Assembly: GCA_017548425.1 (NCBI GenBank)
Contig: JAFZAB010000167.1
Coordinates: forward strand, 2,202-66,201
From: Victivallales bacterium
GTDB taxonomy: Bacteria; Verrucomicrobiota; Lentisphaeria; Oligosphaerales; Oligosphaeraceae
Direction of reading: 5' to 3'
DNA: 64,000 nt
The notes under the pieces were generated by a model. The model did not search any database and was not told where the DNA came from. It saw only the letters and a program-made list of their open reading frames with translations. The position numbers and the translations under genes are program-made. Of this stretch, positions 54,234 through 63,600 are shown in pieces; within the stretch, counting starts at the first letter, position 1; each line of letters starts with the position of its first letter.

Positions 54234-55340
54234 ATGAAGATTTTGTTTGTTGGCGATGTGATGCCTGGAGGCGTTTTGCCTTATCAAAGCACATATATTG
54301 ACAAAGAACTTTTGTCCTATATGCAATCTTTTGATTTACGAATCGGGACATTGGAATGCGGAGTCGGAACAAACATTCCATTCGATTCGCGAAAGATGGA
54401 TACCTATAAGTCCATTGTGTATGTACGCAATGAAGATATCCACAGAATTTCTGAAATGGGATTCAATATAGTCTCTTTGGCCAACAATCATGCGTTTGAT
54501 TTGGGCGTTGATGGATTGAACAATGCCATCTCTCTTTTAGACAAGCTGGGAATACAGCATTTTGGAGCAGGCGCCAACAAAGAAGAGGCCCAAAAGCCTG
54601 TCGTAATCAACAACGGGAACGAGAAAATTGCCATATTTGGTTGCATGTTCGATTATCGTGTGCCATATATCTTTTATACCGCAACCGAAAGTAATCCAGG
54701 CGTTTACCATGCAAATATCGAAGATGTTGTCTTATATATCCGTGAATTGAAAAGGAAATTTGACAAGGTCATTGTAATGCCTCATTGGGGTGAAGAACAT
54801 AAATATCTTCAGAATAAACTATTTAAGGAATATGCCTGTCGCATGATAAAAGCCGGAGCTGACGCAATCATAGGCAGCCACCCCCACATCATCAATCCTG
54901 TCGTGAGTTTCTCTGGGAAAAAATGCTATTTCAGCCTTGGCAATTTCCTTTTCCCTGAAAAATGCATGCAGGTTCCACGCCCGATGTATTATCCCGAAAC
55001 GAAGGAGGAATACCTGTCGCTGAAGCGAATGTGGACCTATCCCAAGAGTATATCGGAACCAATTGTAGCAGTTTGGAAACCAAAGAACCGCATTGGCATG
55101 ATGGTGGAGATGGATGTCAATGATAATTTGAAGAGCCACTATCATTTAACCTGTTTGACAGCAGACAATGTATTGCATCGCTACTCATCTATGGCAGTGC
55201 GACTTCGCATGGCTTTCTGGGCACTCCTTATGCATCTGCCCAAATACGGATTGGCGCTCCGTTTATACAATCATCGATATAATTTGTTACGTCGCATAGT
55301 GGATAAATTACCGGCTTTCAACATTCCTGTAAAATTATAA
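54234..55340 (+). CDS. CapA/PGA_cap-family metallophosphoesterase-like protein
   Basis: Motifs ILFVGDVMPGG, SLANNHAFDLG, HFGAG.N..EA, VMPHWGEEH and GADAIIGSHPHI. No N-terminal TM anchor; the C-terminal end is hydrophobic. Confidence 0.7.
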   Translation: MKILFVGDVMPGGVLPYQSTYIDKELLSYMQSFDLRIGTLECGVGTNIPFDSRKMDTYKSIVYVRNEDIHRISEMGFNIVSLANNHAFDLGVDGLNNAISLLDKLGIQHFGAGANKEEAQKPVVINNGNEKIAIFGCMFDYRVPYIFYTATESNPGVYHANIEDVVLYIRELKRKFDKVIVMPHWGEEHKYLQNKLFKEYACRMIKAGADAIIGSHPHIINPVVSFSGKKCYFSLGNFLFPEKCMQVPRPMYYPETKEEYLSLKRMWTYPKSISEPIVAVWKPKNRIGMMVEMDVNDNLKSHYHLTCLTADNVLHRYSSMAVRLRMAFWALLMHLPKYGLALRLYNHRYNLLRRIVDKLPAFNIPVKL

Positions 55341-55376
55341 GAATGACTAAAAAATCATTCGGGAACCATTACTGAT

Positions 55377-57092
55377 TCAGTCCAATATGATGTTCTCGCA
55401 TGTCCCGCCACTTGGAATCATCGGCAAGACACTTTCCGCCGCAGTTATATGAATGTCAAGCAGATACGGTTCCTTCGCGTCAAGCATTTCACGAAGCGCC
55501 GCATCCAATTCATCCTTTTTCCAGACGTCTCGCCCCGCGATTCCATAGCCTTTGGCGATTTGCACAAAATCCGGATAGGAGCGTTTCGCACGCTTCACCG
55601 CCATGTCCGTATCCGCATGGACACCGCCATAGAACTGATCTTCCCACTGCGACACCATGCCCAATATCTGATTGTCCAAAATGATCATCTTCAACGGCAG
55701 ATTCGTGGCATAAACCGTCGCCAGCTCTTGAATGTTCATTTGGAAACCGCCGTCACCGTCGATGAGCACGACAGTTTCTTTGGGAGCGGCCAATTTCGCT
55801 CCAATAGCCGTCGGTAGCCCGAACCCCATCGCGCCGAGACCGCCGCTCGTCAGCAACTGCCTTGGGCGGTTATAGTTATAAAACTGCGCGGCCCACATCT
55901 GGTTTTGGCCGACGCCCGTCACAATCGTCGCCTCGCCATCCGTCAGCTCCGCCAGACGACTGACCACCTGCTGCCCCTTGATCTCCTTTCTGTAGTCGTC
56001 TTTATATTTGAACGGATGTTCCGCTTTCCATTTGTCCGTCAGTTCCAGCCAGAACTCATGGCGACCGCGTTCAGGCTTTTCCAACATTGCACGGAAAAGC
56101 TCCTTCGCATCGCAGACAATCGGCAGATCGGCATGCTTGTTCTTGTTGATTTCCGACGGATCGATGTCCGCATGCACGATTTTCGCACGCGGCGCGAATT
56201 TCGCGATATTGCCTGTCACGCGGTCGCTAAAACGAACGCCGACGCCTAGCAATAAATCACATTCATGCACCGCCTTGTTCGCCGCATAGCAACCATGCAT
56301 GCCCAGCCATTTCAAACTCAGACGATGGTTTTCAGGAAACGCGCCGATGCCCATAAGCGACGTCGCAACGGGAATCTGATAAGCCTCCGCAAAAGCCAGA
56401 AGTTCCTTGCTCGCATTGGAATGGATGATTCCGCCGCCAACAAACATGCATGGACGGCGACTCTCCTTCAACATTGTCCGCAACGCCTCGACGCTTTCCG
56501 CCTTCGGCGTAGCATCCACTGTGCTTTTGCGCATGCAAGGCTTTTGAGAAAACACGGGATTGCAGACCGCCTGCTGGACATCCCACGGAATGTCGATGAC
56601 AACTGGGCCAGGCCGCCCGTTCTTCGCCAGATAGAACGCCTCCGCAAACACTTGCGGCAATTCCATCGGATCAAGCACGAGATAGCTGTGCTTCACGCAA
56701 AGCCGCGTCATACCAATGATATCCGTCTCCTGAAAGGCATTTTTTCCAATCAAATGCTGATTCACCTGCCCCGTGATGACGACCATCGGCACGGAATCCG
56801 CGCAGGCGTCCGCGATGCCTGTCACGAGATTTGTCGCTCCAGGCCCGCTTGTCGCCATGCAGACACCGACTTCGCCTGTCTTCCGCGCATAGCCGCCCGC
56901 CGCAAACGCTCCGCCTTGCTCATGACGCGGCAGAATGACGCGCACACCTGCATCATGCAACGCATGATGCAACGCCATCGACGCGACACCAGGATATGCG
57001 AACACAAACGGAACGCGCGCTTCCAACAGGCAGTGCGCCACGATCTCCGCGCCGTTCATGCCGGAGCCGTTCTTCTGTTCTTTCAGCTTCAT
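55377..57092 (-). CDS. ilvB: Acetolactate synthase large subunit (ThDP-dependent)
   Basis: MATSGPGATNLVTGIADA and the ThDP motif IDGDGGFQMNIQEL. The start is uncertain (ATG at 57092 or 57059, TTG at 57101). Confidence 0.85.
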   Translation of the reverse strand: MKLKEQKNGSGMNGAEIVAHCLLEARVPFVFAYPGVASMALHHALHDAGVRVILPRHEQGGAFAAGGYARKTGEVGVCMATSGPGATNLVTGIADACADSVPMVVITGQVNQHLIGKNAFQETDIIGMTRLCVKHSYLVLDPMELPQVFAEAFYLAKNGRPGPVVIDIPWDVQQAVCNPVFSQKPCMRKSTVDATPKAESVEALRTMLKESRRPCMFVGGGIIHSNASKELLAFAEAYQIPVATSLMGIGAFPENHRLSLKWLGMHGCYAANKAVHECDLLLGVGVRFSDRVTGNIAKFAPRAKIVHADIDPSEINKNKHADLPIVCDAKELFRAMLEKPERGRHEFWLELTDKWKAEHPFKYKDDYRKEIKGQQVVSRLAELTDGEATIVTGVGQNQMWAAQFYNYNRPRQLLTSGGLGAMGFGLPTAIGAKLAAPKETVVLIDGDGGFQMNIQELATVYATNLPLKMIILDNQILGMVSQWEDQFYGGVHADTDMAVKRAKRSYPDFVQIAKGYGIAGRDVWKKDELDAALREMLDAKEPYLLDIHITAAESVLPMIPSGGTCENIILD

Positions 57093-57201
57093 GTCTTTCA
57101 AAAAGTGTTCATTACATGTCTTCTCTCCCTATATTAATGTAATTAATGTATGGCTGTCTGCAACTCCGTCAGACTACATGTGTGACTATATGTGACGACA
57201 G

Positions 57202-58761
57202 CTACCACTGCTGACGATCCAAAATGCGGTAGTTCGCCGCCTCCTGAATATGACGCCGTTCGATTCTCTCCAATCCGTCCAGATCCGCCAACGTCCTGGC
57301 GACACGTAAGATACGATCATATGCACGGGCCGATAGTTGTAGTTCCATGATCAGTGACTGCAATGCGGCCGCGCTCTCCGTGTCCAATTCGCAGAATTGA
57401 TCCATCATCTTTCCGCTCAGGCTCGCGTTGTCACGAATTCCAGTTCCCGCATAGCGTCGCCGCTGGATTTCACGAGCCGCCATCACCCTTGCACGAATGG
57501 TCGCGGAATCCTCTCCACAACGCTTTTGTGTGAGCATCTCGCTGTCCAGCGGCGCCAATTCGATGTGCATATCCACCCGATCGATCAATGGGCCGCTGAT
57601 TCTGCTTCGATAGCTCATGATCATGCCCACCGTGCAATGGCATGGACGGCGTGGATGACCGTAATAGCCGCATGGGCATGGATTCATTGCCGCCACCAGC
57701 ATGACACGCGCAGGAAACGTAAAGGTTCCGCTTGCACGGGCCAAGACGACTTCTCCTGTCTCAAGTGGTTGCCGCAGAACCTCTAACGTGTTCCGTCGAA
57801 ATTCTGGCAGTTCGTCCAAAAACAACACGCCGTTATGGGCCAGACTCAATTCGCCCGGCCGTGGGTTCGCACTGCCGCCTACCAGCCCCGCGTCGCTTAC
57901 CGTATGGTGCGGCGACCGAAACGGCCGCCGTACCATCAGGCCTTTCTTTCCGTCCAACAGCCCCGCGATGCTGTAGATTTTCGTCACCTCCAGCGCCTCC
58001 TCCACGTCCAACAGTGGAAGAATACCAGGCAACCTCCTGGCAATCATGCTCTTACCGCAACCTGGGCTGCCAATCATCAGCAAATTATGATTGCCGGCCG
58101 CCGCCACCGTAATCGCACGTTTGGCACTCTCCTGTCCTTTCACATCAACAAAATCCATCACCTCCGCCATTGATTCGACAGTGTAAATCGACTGGATGTC
58201 AACCGTTGTCGCTAACTGCCGCCCCCTGCCCTGCAAAACATCGACCGCCTCCGCTAATGAATTGACGCCAAACACCTCAATACCAGACGCCAACGCAGCC
58301 TCCTTCGCGTTCTCCGCCGGAACAAGCATCCGCTTCAAACCATGATCGCGAGCATACATCGCCACCGCCAATGCGCCTTGAATGCCACGCACTTGTCCGC
58401 TCATTGCCAATTCGCCAATGATCATTGCATTATCCAAGCCTGTACAGGCCAATTGCCCATCGGCTTGCAACACCCCCAACGCCATCGGCAAGTCATATGC
58501 ACTGCCACTCTTGTGCAAATCAGCCGGAGCCAGATTCACAATCGTCTTGCCCCGCGGCATCCTATATCCAGAGCTCTGAACCGCCCCCCTGACTCGCTCG
58601 CGGCTCTCCCGTATCGCCATGTCTGGAAGCCCTACGACTATCATCGTCGGCCCTTGCTGCTCCACTTGTTCCGGCGGCGGTGGAACCAAATTCACCTCTA
58701 TCTCCACTCCTTTGACATCCATTCCGCGTATCGCCGCGCTATTCACATGCATAATCATCAT
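57202..58761 (-). CDS. comM: YifB/ComM-family Mg-chelatase-like AAA+ ATPase
   Basis: Lon-protease-like N-terminal domain, Walker A GSPGCGKS, GVLFLDELPEF, and a C-terminal Cys cluster CPCGY...CHC. Confidence 0.85.
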   Translation of the reverse strand: MMIMHVNSAAIRGMDVKGVEIEVNLVPPPPEQVEQQGPTMIVVGLPDMAIRESRERVRGAVQSSGYRMPRGKTIVNLAPADLHKSGSAYDLPMALGVLQADGQLACTGLDNAMIIGELAMSGQVRGIQGALAVAMYARDHGLKRMLVPAENAKEAALASGIEVFGVNSLAEAVDVLQGRGRQLATTVDIQSIYTVESMAEVMDFVDVKGQESAKRAITVAAAGNHNLLMIGSPGCGKSMIARRLPGILPLLDVEEALEVTKIYSIAGLLDGKKGLMVRRPFRSPHHTVSDAGLVGGSANPRPGELSLAHNGVLFLDELPEFRRNTLEVLRQPLETGEVVLARASGTFTFPARVMLVAAMNPCPCGYYGHPRRPCHCTVGMIMSYRSRISGPLIDRVDMHIELAPLDSEMLTQKRCGEDSATIRARVMAAREIQRRRYAGTGIRDNASLSGKMMDQFCELDTESAAALQSLIMELQLSARAYDRILRVARTLADLDGLERIERRHIQEAANYRILDRQQW

Positions 58762-59194
58762 TGACTCCTATTCTACACGATTTCAAATATTTTCTCTAAT
58801 AATATATCACTGAATTTTATATATGCAATTCATAAGAATTCTTATAAAATCTTATAAATTCCTAAAGAATCATAAAAAGTCATAGGATTTCTTATGATTT
58901 ATATAATATCTGCAATATTAATTTGACATATATTTTACAAAATTCATAGTTAAATTTTGCAATTCACTCATTTCCTAAATTCTAACCATCATTCATATCT
59001 CATACCCAATAAATTTTCATATTTATTTCTTTTCATGCAATAATATGACACAAATCACAAGAGATATAATGGATCCGCATTTGGATTTTTTCAGCCTCTT
59101 AATTGGAAAATTCAGCTTATGCATAAATATTAAGGTTATGTATTGTCCATTAAACATGGTCATCAAGCAAGACACATAATTAAGGAGTACGAAC

Positions 59195-60520
59195 ATGAAA
59201 AAACTGTTGTCCATTCTCTTCTGCCTCACATTCGCCATGTCCGCTTTCGGCGCGGATTGGTATGTTTCCGCTGGCGTCGGTAAGAAAAAGAACGAAGGCA
59301 CTTCCAAAGATGCGCCGTTGAAGGCCATCTGGAACGCCTTAGAAAAGGCCGCCCCTGGTGATGTTATCCACGTCGCACAAGGCAATTACCACGGCAAGAC
59401 ATCCTGCGGTTGGATTCTCATTGACAAACCGATCACCATCATCGGCGGTTATTCCGACGACTTCAGCGTCCGCGATATCACCAAATATCCGACGATGCTC
59501 AAACCCACCAATGAAATGAACCAGACCAAACCCGCCATGGATATCGGCACAGTCGGCTTCAAGATGTGGGCCTCCGCCAACCAGGCTGATGCGTTGAAAG
59601 GCACAACCACCGTCATCGACGGTCTTTACATCGACCAAGGCGATGCGAACAGCTACCACGCCGTCAAAGGCAAGCCCGAAGGCGTTGAAACCGGTATGTA
59701 TCTCGATCCGCCCGCGAAAGGCAACACGCCGTTCCCGTCCATCAACTCCGCCGAAATGAAGGGCAAGACCGCTGGCAATCTGACCATCCAGAACTGCGTC
59801 TTCCTGAACGCCTCCAACTACGGCATCCAGATCAGCCATCACGAAGGCGACGTGAAGATTCTCAACAACCTCTTCATCAACAACCGCATGCAAGCCTGCG
59901 ATCTGCTCTGCACGAAGAATGAAAACGGCGCCGTGAAATTCGAATTCGCCTACAACACCGTCCTCTTCACATGGAGCCGCACATCTGAAATGACCGACAT
60001 GGGCTTCGCCGTTCGCGCCAACGCCAAAGTCGATGCGAACATCCATCACAACATCCTCGGCCTCAGCATTCTGTATGGTTTCGACAACACGAAGGGCGAT
60101 GACAAAACCAAGAAAGTCTCTCTTGACAACAACATCTTCTTCCTCAACAAGAAAGGCGACGCCGCCGTCACCATCAGCCCCAACATCAAGCCCTTCTTCG
60201 TCACCGACGATGCATGGGAAGATTTTGAAGACTGCACGGGCATCGAAAGCCTCGAAGGCAACAAATCCCTCACCGATCCCGCCCTCTTCAAAGACATCAT
60301 CGACAAGGCCTACTTGGAAGGCTTCCTCGCCGCAAGTTATTCCGAGAAAACCGATTACAACGAAAATTCCGCCGCCAACGTGTTCCGTGAAGCCATGGGC
60401 ATGAACAAAGTCGGCCAGATCGAGACGAAGGTCTCCATGTTCGCCAACCGCTATCCGTCTGAAAACGTCCTGAAGTTCTTCGGTGCCGTCCAAGGTGCTG
60501 GTGCCCAGGCCGTTAAGTAA
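59195..60520 (+). CDS. Secreted right-handed parallel beta-helix protein (pectate-lyase-fold-like)
   Basis: AGGAG box upstream and a signal peptide (MKKLLSILFCLTFAMSAFGA). Repeated beta-helix turns are visible (NLTIQNCVFLNASNYGIQISHHEGDVKILNNLFINN). Confidence 0.55.
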   Translation: MKKLLSILFCLTFAMSAFGADWYVSAGVGKKKNEGTSKDAPLKAIWNALEKAAPGDVIHVAQGNYHGKTSCGWILIDKPITIIGGYSDDFSVRDITKYPTMLKPTNEMNQTKPAMDIGTVGFKMWASANQADALKGTTTVIDGLYIDQGDANSYHAVKGKPEGVETGMYLDPPAKGNTPFPSINSAEMKGKTAGNLTIQNCVFLNASNYGIQISHHEGDVKILNNLFINNRMQACDLLCTKNENGAVKFEFAYNTVLFTWSRTSEMTDMGFAVRANAKVDANIHHNILGLSILYGFDNTKGDDKTKKVSLDNNIFFLNKKGDAAVTISPNIKPFFVTDDAWEDFEDCTGIESLEGNKSLTDPALFKDIIDKAYLEGFLAASYSEKTDYNENSAANVFREAMGMNKVGQIETKVSMFANRYPSENVLKFFGAVQGAGAQAVK

Positions 60521-60544
60521 TGGTTGACTAACCGTGCAAAATCC

Positions 60545-60580
60545 AAGCCCGACGTCGGTTGCGGCGTCGGGCTTTTTGCT
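60545..60580 (+). terminator. Rho-independent terminator after the beta-helix gene
   Basis: AAGCCCGACG-tcggttgcgg-CGTCGGGCTT followed by TTTGCTTTT. Confidence 0.65.
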
Positions 60581-60662
60581 TTTCAGACCGTCTTTTCCAA
60601 TCTTGCCCTCTCTTGTCGCGTTTATCCATTGACAAGAGTATTCACTCAGATAGGAGATTCAC

Positions 60663-63600
60663 ATGACGCGCCCCATGTTGCTCATCACCATGCTTTCCCT
60701 CAGCCTGACAGCCCAGCCGCTCCCGTTGCTCACGCCTGAAATGTGGGCACCGCACGAAGACGGCGGCAACGCGCCATCCTATCAGAAGCTTGACGACGAT
60801 TCCGTTCGTTTCTCTTTCAATACACAGAATGGCAAATACGGCTGGGGCAACATCCGTCTGTCACCGCTGACATTGCCGCCGAAATCCACGGGGCTTTCTT
60901 TCGAAGTCTTCGTGGAGGAAGCGGCGGACAACGCCGTCATGCACGTCTGGCTCTTCGAAAAAGACAAAGACGCATGGCTCTCCAGAGTCAACTTCATGGA
61001 CGGAAAGGGATTAAGCGAAGTGAAGAACACATGGCGCAAGGCCAATTTGCCGTTCGCGTCATTCCGTTTCGAGCCGCGTGGCGCCAAAAATCGCAACTTC
61101 ATGTCCGTCGAATACATGCTGTTCGGTTTCAATTTCGGCAACCAAACCGTCCGCGTCCGAAATCTTGCTTTCACTGGAGAGGAGGTCGAATCCATTACCC
61201 AAAAACCGTCTCTTTCGCAAGACTGGAAACATGAAGATCCAGTCGGGCAGCGAATCGCCATTTATTCAGACGAATCCGTTGAAAAACTGCCGTCCCATGC
61301 CGATGCGCAACGGCTCGCCAATCTTTTGAAAGTCAAAGGCTTCCATCCACAAATCATGACAAGCGGTGATCTTTCGTCGCCGAAGTTCCTGTCCAAACAA
61401 GCCATCGATTTACTCATCCTTCCGAACGCGCCATTCTTCCCGCTAAACGCCGTCCAAAATTTCCGTAAGTTCCTGAAAGACAAAGGCTCGTTCATGTCCA
61501 TCGGTGGCTATCCGCTGGATCGGCCTGGCGTGCCGTCGAAAGACGGTTGGGCGACTGTCGATTCCGGCGTGACGGCGGACAAAGTCGGCACGGGCGAATC
61601 GATTGACGCACGTCTCAACACGCGCTACGGCACCCATGGCGACACGATGCAGCTTCAGCCCGACCAAATTGGGTTGTGTGATCCATCTTTCCTCCTGTTA
61701 CGGACACGTTCTCTCCGTCCCGCCCCCAAGCAAAAATGGTTTAACGCATCATGGTCTTTTGGTGAAAAAAGACAGGAAGACGGTTCCGTAGAAGGCCCCG
61801 CCGCAGTCGCCATGACAGGCTCCAACAGTCCGGTCTTCCCCAATGTCCATGCACGTTATATTCCTCTTATCCAATCACTTGACTTCTGGCGTCGCAACCG
61901 CGGCCCCGCCGCGGCCGCCGTCCTAAACCACGCAGGCCCGTATAACGGCTCCAATTGGGCGATGTTCACGCCGACGAACCGCAATCTTTTCGATGGATCA
62001 CAGCCTGTTCTCGATGAACTCTTCGTCGATCTCTGCCGCAAATTGCTTGCACCAACATACCTTATTAATACATCGTCGGATAAGCCATGCGCACGGCGCG
62101 GCGACGCCGTCACCTTCACCGTCAGTGGCATCAACGCCACTGGTCATCCGCTTCGCGTCCGTTTTATAATCGACGACAAAGAATTCGCCACCGCAACGGC
62201 GGATTCAGACCGTTTCCAAGTCTCTGCCAATTGGAATGTTCCGCAGGACGACCATCAGTCGTTCCATACGTTCACCGCCGAACTGCTCGACGGCGAAATG
62301 GCTATCGACATGCTTGAAAATGGCATTTCCGTCTGGTCACAAGATGCTCTTTCCAAAGGGCTTAAGTTTGAATTAAAAGACAACTACTTCAATCTCAACG
62401 GCCAGCCGACTTTCTTCATCGGCGCCAACACAACGGGCATGATGTGGTATTCTGCCAACGAAAATCCGCTTGTCTGGAAGGAGGACTTCGCCGCCATGCA
62501 AGACTACGGCCTTAACTTCCTGCGAATCTTGCACTTCTCGCCGTTCGCCCATCTGCCTGTCAACTTCCGCTGGAATTCACAGGCCCTTCTGGAGCAACCG
62601 CCCTATACGCAATATCAGACGGACGCCATCGTCCAACTTGCGCAGGAACATCAGATCATGCCGTTCCTCAGCCTCCATGACTGGATTGGACTGGATTTGA
62701 GCCAATCCGATCTTGACGCGCAGAAGACGTGGAACAAGTTCTGGGTCAATCGTTACAAAGATGTTCCAGGCATGTTCTATGACATTCAGAATGAACCGAC
62801 TACAGGCCTTGGTAATACAGAGGCGCTGATGCCGTTGTTCAAGGAGTTTCTTGCCAAACAATACGGTTCCGTCGAAAACGCGCAGCAAGCCTGGAAGGAA
62901 TCCGGAGCGGATACGGAGCTCACGCTTTCGGCGAAAGCAAAAAACTGGCAGGACCTCCGCGCACGTGATATCGAATTGTTCCGCTCCGCCGTTTTCACAC
63001 GTTGGGTCCGCGAAAATCAAGAAGGCATCAAAGCTGGTAATCCCAAGGCTTTAGCGACCGTCGGTCATCTGCAGACATTGACGTCTTGTGACAAATTCGA
63101 CGGCGCGGACGAACAGGATTTCGTTAATGTCCATCACTACGGTGCGCTCACGAACATGCGATCCGTCATCAAAATGATGGATCGCCGCTTCGACGGCAAA
63201 TCCATCTCTCTTGGCGAGATGGGTTCCGCCATCGCCCACAGTGCACGCAATTCCGGCCAGTGGGGCGACACCGCCGAAGCGTCCATCCGCCACTATCTGG
63301 CCGTCGGCCACTGCTCGCTCGGCATGGGTGTCTCCTTCATGGGCTGCTGGTCGTGGAAAGACTTCCAAGACTGTGTCTTCCCATGGGGCATCAACCACGC
63401 GGATCTAACCGCCAAGCCCGTGCTTGAAGCCTACCGCAACATGGCATTGCTCTTCCGCAACGCCCATGTTCGCTACGAATCGCCGTCGCTTTTCATCGTC
63501 ATTCCAGACGGCATCCGCTCCGGCTACGCAACGCCGCAAATCCATGAAAACCTCCGCGTCGCCATCGACACGCTGTTGACGCTCAACGTCCCGTTCGGTG

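Noticed and set aside
51715-55376. Integrase, tRNA or att-type direct repeats flanking the low-GC island.
   Set aside because: Neither boundary has a tRNA gene, a recombinase ORF or convincing flanking direct repeats. The island is therefore reported as a compositional island with a gene-stub scar, not as a mobile element.
60958-60962. Apparent +1 frameshift at an A-run inside the glycoside hydrolase gene (possible phase variation or pseudogene).
   Set aside because: This was my own indexing slip. On re-reading, the ATG is at 60663 (not 60662) and the run is A5. The frame is continuous (HVWLFEKDKDAWLSRVNF), and no other + ORF in the track occupies this frame.
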